Below, in pieces: positions 41,287 through 51,282 of a DNA stretch of 64,000 nucleotides (position 1 is its first letter; every line of letters begins with the position of its first letter). Below the pieces are notes generated by a model that saw only the letters and a list, made by a program, of their open reading frames with translations, did not search any database and was not told the origin of the DNA. The DNA lies in the NCBI GenBank assembly GCA_039586795.1, contig JBDHJS010000006.1, positions 119,137-183,136 of the forward strand, written 5' to 3'. Made by a program: the position numbers and the translations under genes. Source of the stretch: Gemmatimonadota bacterium. Its GTDB lineage: Bacteria; Gemmatimonadota; Gemmatimonadetes; Palauibacterales; KS3-K002.

Positions 41287-43893
41287 ATGTATAGAGGCGT
41301 GCTCGCTCTTTTCTCGATCCTCGTGTTGTCCAACGCGGCGATCGCGCAGACCGACTGGGAAGAGCAGGTAAGGGAGCAGATTCGCACGGCGGGTCTGGTG
41401 TTCGAGCCCGAGGGTTACGTGATGTCGGGGAAGACGTTCAGCGGCTCACTCAAGGATGAGGCGTCGGACGACTTCACGATCGAATTGGAGGGTGGCGTCA
41501 GCTACTACTTGGTCGGCGCCTGCGACAACGACTGCCCGGACATGGATCTGATGTTGTTGGATGCTTCGGGCAACGAGGTCGATCGAGACTACGAGGACGA
41601 TGCGTTACCGATCGTCTTCGTAACCCCGACCCGAACCGCCGACTACGTCGTCCACGTGTACATGGCGAACTGTACGAACGAGCCGTGCTACTACGGAGTC
41701 GGCGTCTTCGCCAGCAGTGCTGCCGGCGGCGCATCGGGCGGTACGAAGGGGACGCAAAGCTACAGCGGCCGACTCGAGAAGGGCGACGAGCAGCTGTCGA
41801 GTAACGAGTACTACGACTCCTACACGTTCCAAGCAGCCGCTGGTGAGACGGTCGTCGTCGACCTTCGCTCGGGCGACTTCGATCCCTTCCTCATTCTCAT
41901 GTCGCCCACCGACAAGGACACGCAGAACGACGACTATGACGGCTCCAGCAGCCACTCGCGCATCGAGAAGATTCTCGACGAATCCGGGGAGTGGAGGGTG
42001 GTGGTGACGTCCTACGAGGCCGGTGAAACCGGTGCGTACGATGTGACCATCGAAACCTCGGGTGACGGGGTTGCCCCGGCGACGGTCGGCGGCACTCAGT
42101 ACGAGAGCGGGCGACTGGCCAGTGGGGACTACGAGCTTAGCTCGGGCGAGTACTACGACAGTTACACGGTTAGCGGGAGCGCCGGCGATCAGATCGTTCT
42201 CGATCTGCGATCCTCCGAGTTCGATCCCTACCTCATCCTGATCACGCCGAGCGAGGAGCAGTTCGAGAACGACGACTACGAAGGCGATGCGAGTCGATCG
42301 ATGATCTCCCTGTCGCTGCCGGAGAGCGGCCAGTACGAGGTGATCGTCACGACGTACAAGCCGGGCGAGTCCGGGGTCTACGACTTGAAGATCGACTGGC
42401 CGGAGATCTCCTACACCAGCGGCGACCGAACCGAGTACGGTACTCTCGCCGTGGGAGACGAGCGACTAGAGTCCGGCGAGTACGTGGATGGGTTCGAGTT
42501 CCAAGGCCTACCCGGCCAACGCGTAACGCTCGAGCTATCATCGAGCGAGTTCGATACCTACTTGATCCTCGTCGACCCCAACGGTGAACACACGGAGAAC
42601 GACGACGCGGAAGGCATGCCCGGTCACAGCGTGATCGAGGCGGATATCACGGAGGCCGGCACGTACATCGTGGCCGTGACATCGTACAAGCCGAAGGAAA
42701 CCGGTTCCTACGAACTGAGCATGGAGTTCGGCGCAGCTGTCGCGTCAACCGCCGGGCAGCGTGATGTGTCCTCCATCGCTGTTGGCGGCAGCGTGGGTGG
42801 TAACCTGGAGGCTGGTGACCTACAGCTGGAGGCGGGTGAGTACGGTGACGTCTACGTGTTTGATGGCACGGCCGGCCAAAACGTCAGTGTCGAGATGGTG
42901 TCATCAGATTTCGACACCTACCTGGTTCTGGCGACTCCGGGAGGCGGCCAGATCGAAAACGATGATCACGAGGGTAACACCAACCGGTCCCGCATCGATG
43001 TAACGCTGCGTGAGACCGGACGTTTCCGGATCGTCGCCACGTCTTATCAGGCGGGCGAAACGGGATCGTACGAAGTGACGCTGGCCTCCAGCGCGACCGC
43101 CAGCGAGCCGGTAGTCGCTTCGACAGGCACCACAGGGAGCGGCCGAATCTACGGCGTGTTCATCGGAATCAGCGACTATCCCGGCGAGTCGGATGACCTG
43201 ATCTACACGGCAGAAGACGCGCTGAGGGTCCGCGATGCCATGGCGAGCGCCGGAATGTCGGCAGGCGACGCGATTGTGCTCACCGACCAAGACGCGACTG
43301 CCGCCAACCTGCAGAACGCAGTGCAGACTCTGAATAGTCGCATGGGCCCGAACGACACGTTCATCTTGTTCTACTCAGGTCACGGAAACAGAATCCCACG
43401 GTCCGACTTCCAGACTACAGACCCGGACGCGATGGACGAAACGATCGAACTGTATGATGGCCCGGTCACCGATGACCAGGTGAACGCGATGTTCGGCGAA
43501 CTCAACTCGGGCACATCGATCATCGTGCTGGATGCGTGCTTCAGCGGTGGGTTTGCCAAGGACGTCATCTCGGCACCCGGCCGCATGGGCCTGTTCTCCT
43601 CGGAAGAGGACGTGACGTCGTCCGTCGCCGTGAAGTTCCAAGCCGGCGGCTACCTCGCCGTGTTCTTGGCGGAAGCGGTGGGCGAGGGGCGCGCGGACGC
43701 CGATCGTGATGGGGCCGTATCGGCGCTCGAGCTGAGCCAGTACCTACACGAGCGTTATCGCACCGACGTGAAATCGGCGGGACCGGGTGAGTATGTGCGC
43801 ACCGGCGGCCCGCAGTTGGGATATCAGCACCTGGTTGTCGATCGAGGGAGCATCGGACCCTACGATCTGCTATTCGTACTCCCCGGCAACTAG
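41287..43893 (+). CDS. Exported PPC-repeat protein with C-terminal caspase-like (C14) domain
   Basis: Signal peptide; four repeats of G.L..GD..L.SGEY.D.Y...S.DFD.YL.L..P...NDD; IGISDY, FYSGHG (His), LDACFSG (Cys). Confidence 0.88.
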   Translation: MYRGVLALFSILVLSNAAIAQTDWEEQVREQIRTAGLVFEPEGYVMSGKTFSGSLKDEASDDFTIELEGGVSYYLVGACDNDCPDMDLMLLDASGNEVDRDYEDDALPIVFVTPTRTADYVVHVYMANCTNEPCYYGVGVFASSAAGGASGGTKGTQSYSGRLEKGDEQLSSNEYYDSYTFQAAAGETVVVDLRSGDFDPFLILMSPTDKDTQNDDYDGSSSHSRIEKILDESGEWRVVVTSYEAGETGAYDVTIETSGDGVAPATVGGTQYESGRLASGDYELSSGEYYDSYTVSGSAGDQIVLDLRSSEFDPYLILITPSEEQFENDDYEGDASRSMISLSLPESGQYEVIVTTYKPGESGVYDLKIDWPEISYTSGDRTEYGTLAVGDERLESGEYVDGFEFQGLPGQRVTLELSSSEFDTYLILVDPNGEHTENDDAEGMPGHSVIEADITEAGTYIVAVTSYKPKETGSYELSMEFGAAVASTAGQRDVSSIAVGGSVGGNLEAGDLQLEAGEYGDVYVFDGTAGQNVSVEMVSSDFDTYLVLATPGGGQIENDDHEGNTNRSRIDVTLRETGRFRIVATSYQAGETGSYEVTLASSATASEPVVASTGTTGSGRIYGVFIGISDYPGESDDLIYTAEDALRVRDAMASAGMSAGDAIVLTDQDATAANLQNAVQTLNSRMGPNDTFILFYSGHGNRIPRSDFQTTDPDAMDETIELYDGPVTDDQVNAMFGELNSGTSIIVLDACFSGGFAKDVISAPGRMGLFSSEEDVTSSVAVKFQAGGYLAVFLAEAVGEGRADADRDGAVSALELSQYLHERYRTDVKSAGPGEYVRTGGPQLGYQHLVVDRGSIGPYDLLFVLPGN

Positions 43894-43924
43894 CTCGGGG
43901 CACGATTCTGGATGTTCTCGGCCG

Positions 43925-43948
43925 GCTCTATATGGCATAGAGCTTGCC
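43925..43948 (+). promoter_or_regulatory. Sigma54 (-24/-12) promoter overlapped by a 7-bp inverted repeat
   Basis: TGGCATAGAGCTTGC = GG-N10-GC at 43934-43947; GCTCTAT-N5-ATAGAGC at 43925-43943. Confidence 0.7.
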
Positions 43949-44070
43949 GCTAATTCACAGTGATGACGTACGATTAGCCCGGGCCCGCCACGGGGCGCCA
44001 GGCGTCATCGGCCTTTCGTAAGGCTCCCAGATGGCAGGCCCTAAGCCATAATAGTCATCCGGAGCCGCTC

Positions 44071-46026
44071 ATGAAGCGACATTGGGGCGCAATTGCGGTG
44101 GGTGTGGGTCTCGTTGTGGGCGCCCCCGCACAGGCCGCAGCGCAAGATAACGCGGCATGTCTGGCTTGCCATTCGCGTGCCGCGATGTTCCAGGGTCGAG
44201 AGAACGCAGACAGCCTGGTCGTAACGGAAGCGGAGTACGCCGGGTCGGTGCACGGCGCGATGGGCATGACGTGCGTGATGTGCCACCGAGACCTGGCGGG
44301 ATCTTCCTTTCCGCACGTGTCGGATTTGGCGCCGCCCGTCTGCTCGAGTTGCCACGTCGGCGTTGGCCGCCTCTATGATGAGAGCGTGCATGGCTATGCG
44401 CTGAGCCGCGACAACCCTCGCGCTCCAAGCTGCGTGACCTGTCACGGGCGGCACGCGATCCTCCCGAGCGGCGATCCAAACTCTCCAACCTACAGGGCGA
44501 ATCTGGTCGTAACCTGCGCAGCCTGTCACGGTGAGGCGGGGTTGCTCACTGACCAGGTCGTGCGGCTTCCCGAGATGGTCTCGTCGTACGCGCAGTCGGT
44601 GCACGGCCGGCGGACCGCTGCGGGCGACACGGCGGCGGCGTCGTGTTCGGACTGCCACGGAGTCCACGGTTTGAAGGGGCCGAACGACCCAACATCCTCC
44701 ATCAACCATGCCAACGTGTCCGCAACCTGCGGACAGTGTCACGGTGAGATCGCGGCTCTGTACGAGCGGTCGATCCACGGCCAGGCGTTAGCCACAGGCG
44801 TGCGCGACAGCCCGACCTGCATCGATTGTCACGGAGAGCACCTGATCCTCGGGCACGAAGACCCGGACGCGAGGACCTGCGCTTCGCAACAAGCGACGCA
44901 AACCTGTGGCCCCTGTCACGACGATCCGGTGATCATCGCCAAGTACAACCTGCAGGGTGGCGTGGTCGGCACTTATGTGGACAGCTACCACGGCTGGGCA
45001 TCGCGACGCGGTTGCGAAGAGCAGACAGTCGCGTCATGCGTGGATTGTCATACAGCGCATCGCGTGCTGCCGGATTCGGATCCAGCATCGACCATCCACG
45101 CTGAAAACTTGGTCTCGACCTGCGGACAGTGCCATGAGCGGGCCGACGAAAGATTCGCTCGCGCATACACTCACGAGACGACTTCGATCACCACGAATCC
45201 CGTCAATAGGAGTATCCGCATCATCTATATAGTCGCGATTATCGTGATTATCGGCATCATGGCTCTGCACAACCTGCTCGTGATGAACTACTTCATCATC
45301 GAGCGGCGCCGGGCCGAAAAGCGGACTACAGAGATCCTGCGTCTCGATAAGTCTCAGATCGTGCAGCACCTGTTGCTGGCATCGTCATTCACCGTGCTGG
45401 TGATCACCGGGTTCGCGCTACGCTTCCCGGAAGCTTGGTGGGTCACCTTCCTGTCTGAGTTGGGGATGACCGAAATCAGGCGCGCCGATACGCATCGTGT
45501 CGCGGCTGTGATCCTGGTCGTTGTGTCACTCATGCACGTTTACTACGTGATAGCGAATCGCCGGGGTAGGGATGAGTTTCGCGCCATCCTACCCGCTCCT
45601 CGGGACTTTGTGAACTTCTGGAACGCGCTTCGCTTCTACACCTGGAGGACCGAGAAGCACGTGGAGCACGGTCGCTACGACTATACCCAGAAGGCGGAGT
45701 ACTGGGCGCTGATCTGGGGCACTGTGCTCATGGTCCTGACCGGTTTCGTTCTCTGGTTCCCCACAGAGGCGGCCAATCTGCTACCCAGCTGGGGGATCCC
45801 GGCGGCGCAGACGATCCACTATTACGAGGCCTGGCTGGCGACGCTCGCGATAATCGTCTGGCACTTCTTCTTCACGATCTTTCACCCCGATTTCTACCCG
45901 ATGAGCTGGACGTGGCTGTCCGGCAAGATGACGAAGGAGATGGTGAAGCAACATCACCGCCGGTGGTACGACAGAATGGAATCGGCGGAAGAAGGCGGTA
46001 CAGACGTGGAGGACCAGACAGACTAG
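44071..46026 (+). CDS. Multiheme cytochrome c (11 CxxCH) fused to an FdnI/HydC-type cytochrome b (CbcL-like)
   Basis: Signal peptide; CLACH CVMCH CSSCH CVTCH CAACH CSDCH CGQCH CIDCH CGPCH CVDCH CGQCH; membrane domain QH..L..TG, HR, RYDYTQKAEYW, HYYEA..WH. Confidence 0.9.
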   Translation: MKRHWGAIAVGVGLVVGAPAQAAAQDNAACLACHSRAAMFQGRENADSLVVTEAEYAGSVHGAMGMTCVMCHRDLAGSSFPHVSDLAPPVCSSCHVGVGRLYDESVHGYALSRDNPRAPSCVTCHGRHAILPSGDPNSPTYRANLVVTCAACHGEAGLLTDQVVRLPEMVSSYAQSVHGRRTAAGDTAAASCSDCHGVHGLKGPNDPTSSINHANVSATCGQCHGEIAALYERSIHGQALATGVRDSPTCIDCHGEHLILGHEDPDARTCASQQATQTCGPCHDDPVIIAKYNLQGGVVGTYVDSYHGWASRRGCEEQTVASCVDCHTAHRVLPDSDPASTIHAENLVSTCGQCHERADERFARAYTHETTSITTNPVNRSIRIIYIVAIIVIIGIMALHNLLVMNYFIIERRRAEKRTTEILRLDKSQIVQHLLLASSFTVLVITGFALRFPEAWWVTFLSELGMTEIRRADTHRVAAVILVVVSLMHVYYVIANRRGRDEFRAILPAPRDFVNFWNALRFYTWRTEKHVEHGRYDYTQKAEYWALIWGTVLMVLTGFVLWFPTEAANLLPSWGIPAAQTIHYYEAWLATLAIIVWHFFFTIFHPDFYPMSWTWLSGKMTKEMVKQHHRRWYDRMESAEEGGTDVEDQTD

Positions 46027-46041
46027 CTCGAGGAAACGACG

Positions 46042-47121
46042 ATGAAAAGACTCCCCCCCAGCATCCTGCTCCTTGCCGTCGCCGCCCTGGGAGTGACAGC
46101 GTGTACGCAGCCGGCGACCGACGACGGGCTCGTCCAGATGGCGAGTGCGTCATTCACCCCCATACCATCGAGTCCGCCAGAGCTTGCCGAGACGCCGCTC
46201 ACCGACGACATGGTCGAGCTTGGCAAGATGCTTTACTTCGAGCCACGCCTATCGTCCAGCTGGCTGATCAGCTGCAACACCTGCCACAACGTGGGCCTCG
46301 GCGGCGTCGACCTGCTCGAGACCTCGATCGGGCACGGCTGGCAGCAAGGGCCGCGCAACGCGCCCACGGTCCTGAACGCCGTATTCAATGTCGCCCAGTT
46401 CTGGGACGGCCGCGCCAAGGACCTGATGGAGCAAGCCATGGGACCTGTGCAAGCTGCCGTGGAGATGAACAGCACGCCGGAGCGGGCGGTGGCGACGCTG
46501 AAGAGCATCCCGGAGTACGTGGAGCGATTCGGCACGGCGTTCCCTGACCAATTCGACCCGGTAACGTTCGAGAACATGGCGCGCGCCATCGAGGCGTTCG
46601 AGGCTACGTTGCTCACGCCGAACTCTCCGTTCGACAAGTTCCTGGCGGGCGAGTTCGATGCTTTGAGTGCCCACGAGCGGGATGGACTCGAGTTGTTCAT
46701 GAACCGCGGCTGCGCCGCCTGCCACGGCGGCCAGAACATGGGCGGATCCGGCTACTTCCCGTTCGGGGTCGTTGAACGGCCCGCATCCGACGTTCTGCCT
46801 CCTGAAGACAAGGGGCGGTTCGCCGTGACCGGAACCGAGGCCGATGAGTACGTCTTCAAATCGCCGTCCCTGAGAAACATCGCGCTTACCGCGCCCTACT
46901 TTCACTCCGGCTCCGTCTGGGAGCTCGAAGAAGCGGTAGGCATAATGGGTTCGGCGCAGCTCGGCGCGATGCTGACCGAGGAAGAAGTGCAGGCGATAAC
47001 CGCCTTCCTCGACGCGCTGACGGGCGAACAGCCGAAGATCGAGTATCCGATCCTGCCGGCTCACACCGCCGATACGCCGCTGCCCGATGTGACGGTCGGG
47101 ACGGCCGTGTCACCACACTAA
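46042..47121 (+). CDS. Diheme cytochrome c peroxidase (CcpA/MauG family), lipoprotein
   Basis: Lipobox VTAC; LGKMLYFEPRLS, SCNTCH, RNAPTVLN, QFWDGRA, CAACH, FKSPSLRNI..TAPYFHSG. Confidence 0.93.
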   Translation: MKRLPPSILLLAVAALGVTACTQPATDDGLVQMASASFTPIPSSPPELAETPLTDDMVELGKMLYFEPRLSSSWLISCNTCHNVGLGGVDLLETSIGHGWQQGPRNAPTVLNAVFNVAQFWDGRAKDLMEQAMGPVQAAVEMNSTPERAVATLKSIPEYVERFGTAFPDQFDPVTFENMARAIEAFEATLLTPNSPFDKFLAGEFDALSAHERDGLELFMNRGCAACHGGQNMGGSGYFPFGVVERPASDVLPPEDKGRFAVTGTEADEYVFKSPSLRNIALTAPYFHSGSVWELEEAVGIMGSAQLGAMLTEEEVQAITAFLDALTGEQPKIEYPILPAHTADTPLPDVTVGTAVSPH

Positions 47122-47130
47122 ACTGGCCCA

Positions 47131-47198
47131 GGGCGACCTGGAGCGCGTTGGCCGTGCTTCAGGTCCGCCCCGGACCGGAGTTCCGGCCACGTTTTTTT
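47131..47198 (+). terminator. Probable terminator (GC hairpins followed by a T7 tract)
   Basis: GGGCGACCTGGAGC/GCTTCAGGTCCGCCC stem, CCGGA/TCCGG stem, then TTTTTTT. Confidence 0.5.
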
Positions 47199-47326
47199 GG
47201 CGCGCGGAGCTTGGATACGGGCGCCGATTGTGCTAGCTTCAACGCACGGGAGATGCCGCCGACGCGCGGCCCATTGATCCCGACCCTGCTAAAAGTTCCC
47301 CGCCGCAAAAGAGCCAGGAGGCTGTG

Positions 47327-48316
47327 ATGGAGTCCAGCGTCATCACCCTTAGCCGGCACATCGTGGAACAAGAGAGGCTGTACCCGGAAGCGACGGGAGC
47401 GTTCTCGAACATCCTGTACGACATCGCTCTGGCCGCCAAGATCATCAGCCGCGAGGTCAATCGTGCCGGTCTCGTCGATATCGTCGGCAGCGCGGGGAGG
47501 TTCAACGTGCACGGCGAGGACGTCCGCAAGCTGGATATGTTCGCCAACGACGTGATCTTCGACTCGATGGATCACACGGGCAACCTCTGCGTGATGGCAT
47601 CCGAGGAAGTGGACGACCCGATCCCGATCCCGGAGCAATTCCCCTGCGGCAACTACGTGCTGCTCCACGATCCGTTGGACGGTTCTTCCAACATCGAGGT
47701 CAACGTTTCACTGGGCACCATCTTCTCGATCCACAAGAAGGTATCGACGGGTGACCGCGGCGAGATGCAAGACCTTATGCAGCCGGGCCGCCGGCAGCTG
47801 GCGGCGGGTTACGTGGTCTATGGGTCGTCGACGATGCTGGTCTACACGACCGGCGCCGGTGTGCACGGGTTCACGCTCGAGCCGTCGATCGGCGAATTTC
47901 TGCTGTCGCATCCCGATATGCGCATCCCCGAACCCGGCAAACACATGTACAGTGTCAACGAAGCTTATTACAAGCGCTGGTCACCGGGGCAGCAGAAGGC
48001 TGTCGACACGCTGAAGGACCAGGACTACAGCCTTCGCTATATCGGTTCTCTGGTTGCCGACTTTCACCGCACTCTGCTTTACGGCGGCATCTTCATGTAT
48101 CCTTCCGACAAGAAGAGCCCCAAAGGAAAGCTCCGCCTTCTCTACGAGGCGTCGCCGATGGCCATGGTGATGGAGGAAGCGGGCGGCGCCTCTTCGAATG
48201 GGAGAGTATCAATTTTGGATGTAGAGCCGGAGGAGCTGCACGAGCGGACGCCGTTGTATTTGGGGAATAAAGACCTCGTCAAGATGGTGGACTCCGCACT
48301 CGCGGAGAACGGCTGA
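47327..48316 (+). CDS. fbp: Class 1 fructose-1,6-bisphosphatase
   Basis: NVHGE..KLD, ASEE, DPLDGSSNI, RYIGSLVADFHRTL, KLRLLYEA. Confidence 0.97.
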   Translation: MESSVITLSRHIVEQERLYPEATGAFSNILYDIALAAKIISREVNRAGLVDIVGSAGRFNVHGEDVRKLDMFANDVIFDSMDHTGNLCVMASEEVDDPIPIPEQFPCGNYVLLHDPLDGSSNIEVNVSLGTIFSIHKKVSTGDRGEMQDLMQPGRRQLAAGYVVYGSSTMLVYTTGAGVHGFTLEPSIGEFLLSHPDMRIPEPGKHMYSVNEAYYKRWSPGQQKAVDTLKDQDYSLRYIGSLVADFHRTLLYGGIFMYPSDKKSPKGKLRLLYEASPMAMVMEEAGGASSNGRVSILDVEPEELHERTPLYLGNKDLVKMVDSALAENG

Positions 48317-48325
48317 GTGTGTTTT

Positions 48326-48518
48326 GCTGGGAATCGCGATTGATGAAATCGGGATTCCCAGCTGGGTAAGTTCGAGCTGTCCTGAATTATCGAATCGGGT
48401 TCAACGATCCCCTCATTCTGGATTCTGGATCTGGAGGTGGCCACCGGACTAACGGTTGTGTCCGTTCCGCTTTTTTAATCCCCGGCTCCTAAGTATCGTT
48501 GAATCCGATTCGATAATT
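48326..48518. repeat. Hairpin plus MITE-like 24-bp inverted repeat
   Basis: Hairpin 48326-48362; AATTATCGAATCGGGTTCAACGAT (48385-48408) and ATCGTTGAATCCGATTCGATAATT (48495-48518), 23/24 complementary; related copy at 20659-20682. Confidence 0.75.
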
Positions 48519-48620
48519 CCCACGCAGTTCCGCGTCCGAGGACCCATCCGCTGCCTGCTGTGTACAACCGTACACAGCCGATTATCTTTCCACAGCCCCA
48601 CAATTGAGGCGTGATTCCCA

Positions 48621-49808
48621 ATGATCCGCTCTGCTCGCTTTGCCGTCACTTTGCTCGGTGTGCTCTCGACAACCGCGTTTCTGTCTCCAACGGTCTCTCA
48701 GGAGGCCGCGGTTCGCGCCGTGCTCTTCTACTCGCCGACCTGTCAACACTGCCACGAGGTGATCAATAACCACCTGCCGGGCATCTTCGAGCGGTTCGGC
48801 GGAGCGGCCAGCATCTTCTTCGACCGGACGAAGCCGCAGGGACAGGCCGGCTTCTATGAGATTACTAACGGGCGGCTGCAGATCCTGCTTATCGATGTCG
48901 CGTTGCCGCAAGGCCAGGCGATCTACCGGAGTTGGGCTACGGCGCATTCAGTCCCTCAGCGGGAATGGAGCGTGCCGCGACTCGTGTTCGCCGACTCGAG
49001 TCTTGTCGGCTCGTTCGACATACCGGAGATCCTGCCGCAGCTCATCGAGGAGGGACTCGCCGCGGGCGGTGTCGACTGGCCAGACATCGCCGGGTTCAAC
49101 TCCGCGCTGGCGGCGATCCCGCCACACGCCCAGCCGACACCAACGGATGGGCCGCTTGCGGAAGATCCAACCTTCGCAGAGGAAGACTCACGCACGGTCG
49201 AAACACCTGAGGAAGTGATTCCAAGTCGCGCGCTGACGGTTGCCGAGAAGTTCAATCAGGATCGCGTTGGAAACAGTTTGTCAGTGGTCGTGCTTCTCTT
49301 GATGGTAGCCAGCCTGGTGGCGCTGTTTGTTTTCATGCGCGCGGCGCCGGCCGGAGAGCGGCTGGGGGTCGCGGTGCCGGTCATCGCGGTGATCGGCGCG
49401 GCGGTCGCGGTCTATCTCACCTACGTCGAGACGAGCGGCGCGACGGCGGCGTGTGGGCCGGTAGGCGACTGCAACACGGTGAACCAGAGCGAGTATGCCA
49501 GGCTGTTCGGCGTGTTGCCCGTCGGGTTGCTCGGACTGATCGGCTATCTGGCAATCCTCGCGGCCTGGGTGGTGTCGAGATTGGATCTGGGAACCACATC
49601 GGACTGGGCGATCTTTTCGGTGCTCGGGATGGCGGTGCTCGGTACGCTGTTCTCGATCTATCTGACATTCCTAGAGCCGTTCGTGATCGGGGCGACCTGT
49701 ATCTGGTGCCTGTCATCGGCGATCGCCATCACGTTGCTGATGTGGTTGTCCGCTCGACCGGGCCGCGAGGCCTGGCAACGTCTGAACAGTGTGCCTGGGG
49801 ATGGGTAG
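48621..49808 (+). CDS. Thioredoxin-like domain / vitamin K epoxide reductase (VKOR) fusion
   Basis: FYSPTCQHC and VP cis-Pro motif; VKOR CGPVGDC..V.QSEYA, FSIYLTFLEPFVIGATCIWC. Confidence 0.9.
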   Translation: MIRSARFAVTLLGVLSTTAFLSPTVSQEAAVRAVLFYSPTCQHCHEVINNHLPGIFERFGGAASIFFDRTKPQGQAGFYEITNGRLQILLIDVALPQGQAIYRSWATAHSVPQREWSVPRLVFADSSLVGSFDIPEILPQLIEEGLAAGGVDWPDIAGFNSALAAIPPHAQPTPTDGPLAEDPTFAEEDSRTVETPEEVIPSRALTVAEKFNQDRVGNSLSVVVLLLMVASLVALFVFMRAAPAGERLGVAVPVIAVIGAAVAVYLTYVETSGATAACGPVGDCNTVNQSEYARLFGVLPVGLLGLIGYLAILAAWVVSRLDLGTTSDWAIFSVLGMAVLGTLFSIYLTFLEPFVIGATCIWCLSSAIAITLLMWLSARPGREAWQRLNSVPGDG

Positions 49809-51282
49809 CGTGCGAGGTGGGGCGGTGCTGCTGGCCGTCGTAGCCGCTTGCGGTACTACCGAACCCGAGCCCGGACCCGAGCCGGTCCCTCCCGCTCCAC
49901 CCGCCAGCGCCTGCGCGCTGCTCACCGACACTCTGGGAACAGCGGATGAGACACGGGTCGCGCTGCTCGAGCCGGTGAGCGCCTCCTCGGCGCCCCGCGC
50001 GCGCAACGAGTCGGAGCGCTTTCTGTTTCAGCAAGCCTACCAGACCCTGATTCGCGTCGACTGCCACGGGCGAGTGGGTCCGGGGCTGGCGGAGAGCTGG
50101 ACGTCAGAAGATGACGGCCGGAGTTGGCGGTTCGTGTTGAGTGAGGAGGCCCGTTTCTGGGACGGGACGCGTGTCACATCGGAAGACGTGATACGCGAGT
50201 GGGAGAGCGAGCCGTCCTGGGGAGGCCGAGTCTCCATTACGGCCGAAAGCGAGCGCGTATTCGAGGTCCAGTTCGACGGTCCCCACACTGATGTGCCCAG
50301 AGAATTCGCTGAACCCGACCACGCGATCACGCGGCCGCAAGAAGATCCGGCATGGCCCGTGGGCACCGGGCCGTATCGCCTCGAGGGGCCGGTACCCAGC
50401 ACTGACTTCTCGCACCTCGAGGTGAACGCCTACGCCGTTGATCGTCGTTCGCCGACGATCTCGTTTCGGCTGGCGACGACGACCGACGCCCGTGACCAGC
50501 TGGACGACCGTATCGATGTGATGATCACCGGCGATCCCGACGTCCTCGACTACGCGGCCCGTCGGTCGGGAATGACCTCCATGCCGTTGCCCTGGAACCG
50601 GACGTACGTGCTCATGTCACCGACCCGGGTTCGCGAGCTGCGGGCCGACGTTGGCACGACGCTGCCCGTCGTGCCGATGGCGATGCGTCAGGCCCTGGCC
50701 AGCGATGCGGTGAGAGGCGACGCCCGCGAGCACGAAAGCAAGGCGTGGTGGGAGGAAGAGTTGAGCTGCCCGGCCGAGGTCGAACGCTTGCGAGAGTTGC
50801 CGCCGGCCGTGCCCACGGCGGCTTACCGAGTGCGGGGTCCGCGGCGCGTCGTGTACGTAGAGGGCGACGCCGTGGCGCAAGCGCTCGCCGAGAGGATCGT
50901 CGCGCTGGCGATGCGACCGGTCTCGGTGGAGCAGTCGACGGCGCTGGCGAACGGGGTACCGGGTTTGGGCGAGGCCGACTACGCGTTGCTCGTCGAGGGT
51001 TCGGGGCCGGATGAGTTCGAAGAGTCGCTGAACGACGGAGACGAGTTCCTGTTCGTGCTGGCGTTGCCCTCGCGTTCGCTCGACCCGTGCTATCATCTGA
51101 CTCGACTTGCCGAGCGCGTGCCCTGGCTCAACATCGGCTGGCTCGATCCGGCGGCGACGATTCTCCCGCTGATCGACACGCGAAAGCACGTCGTGGCGCG
51201 TGACGGTGCCGTTTCGCTGTCCGTCGGCTGGGATGGTACGGTGTTGATCGGCGAAGGTGCAGCCGGGGGGCGCCAACAGTGA
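49801..51282 (+). CDS. Family-5 substrate-binding-like lipoprotein with no adjacent transporter
   Basis: Lipobox VAAC; YQTLIRVD..G.V.PGLAESW..DDGRSWRF.L...ARFWDGT.VT.EDV, VGTGPY. Confidence 0.75.
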   Translation: MGSVRGGAVLLAVVAACGTTEPEPGPEPVPPAPPASACALLTDTLGTADETRVALLEPVSASSAPRARNESERFLFQQAYQTLIRVDCHGRVGPGLAESWTSEDDGRSWRFVLSEEARFWDGTRVTSEDVIREWESEPSWGGRVSITAESERVFEVQFDGPHTDVPREFAEPDHAITRPQEDPAWPVGTGPYRLEGPVPSTDFSHLEVNAYAVDRRSPTISFRLATTTDARDQLDDRIDVMITGDPDVLDYAARRSGMTSMPLPWNRTYVLMSPTRVRELRADVGTTLPVVPMAMRQALASDAVRGDAREHESKAWWEEELSCPAEVERLRELPPAVPTAAYRVRGPRRVVYVEGDAVAQALAERIVALAMRPVSVEQSTALANGVPGLGEADYALLVEGSGPDEFEESLNDGDEFLFVLALPSRSLDPCYHLTRLAERVPWLNIGWLDPAATILPLIDTRKHVVARDGAVSLSVGWDGTVLIGEGAAGGRQQ

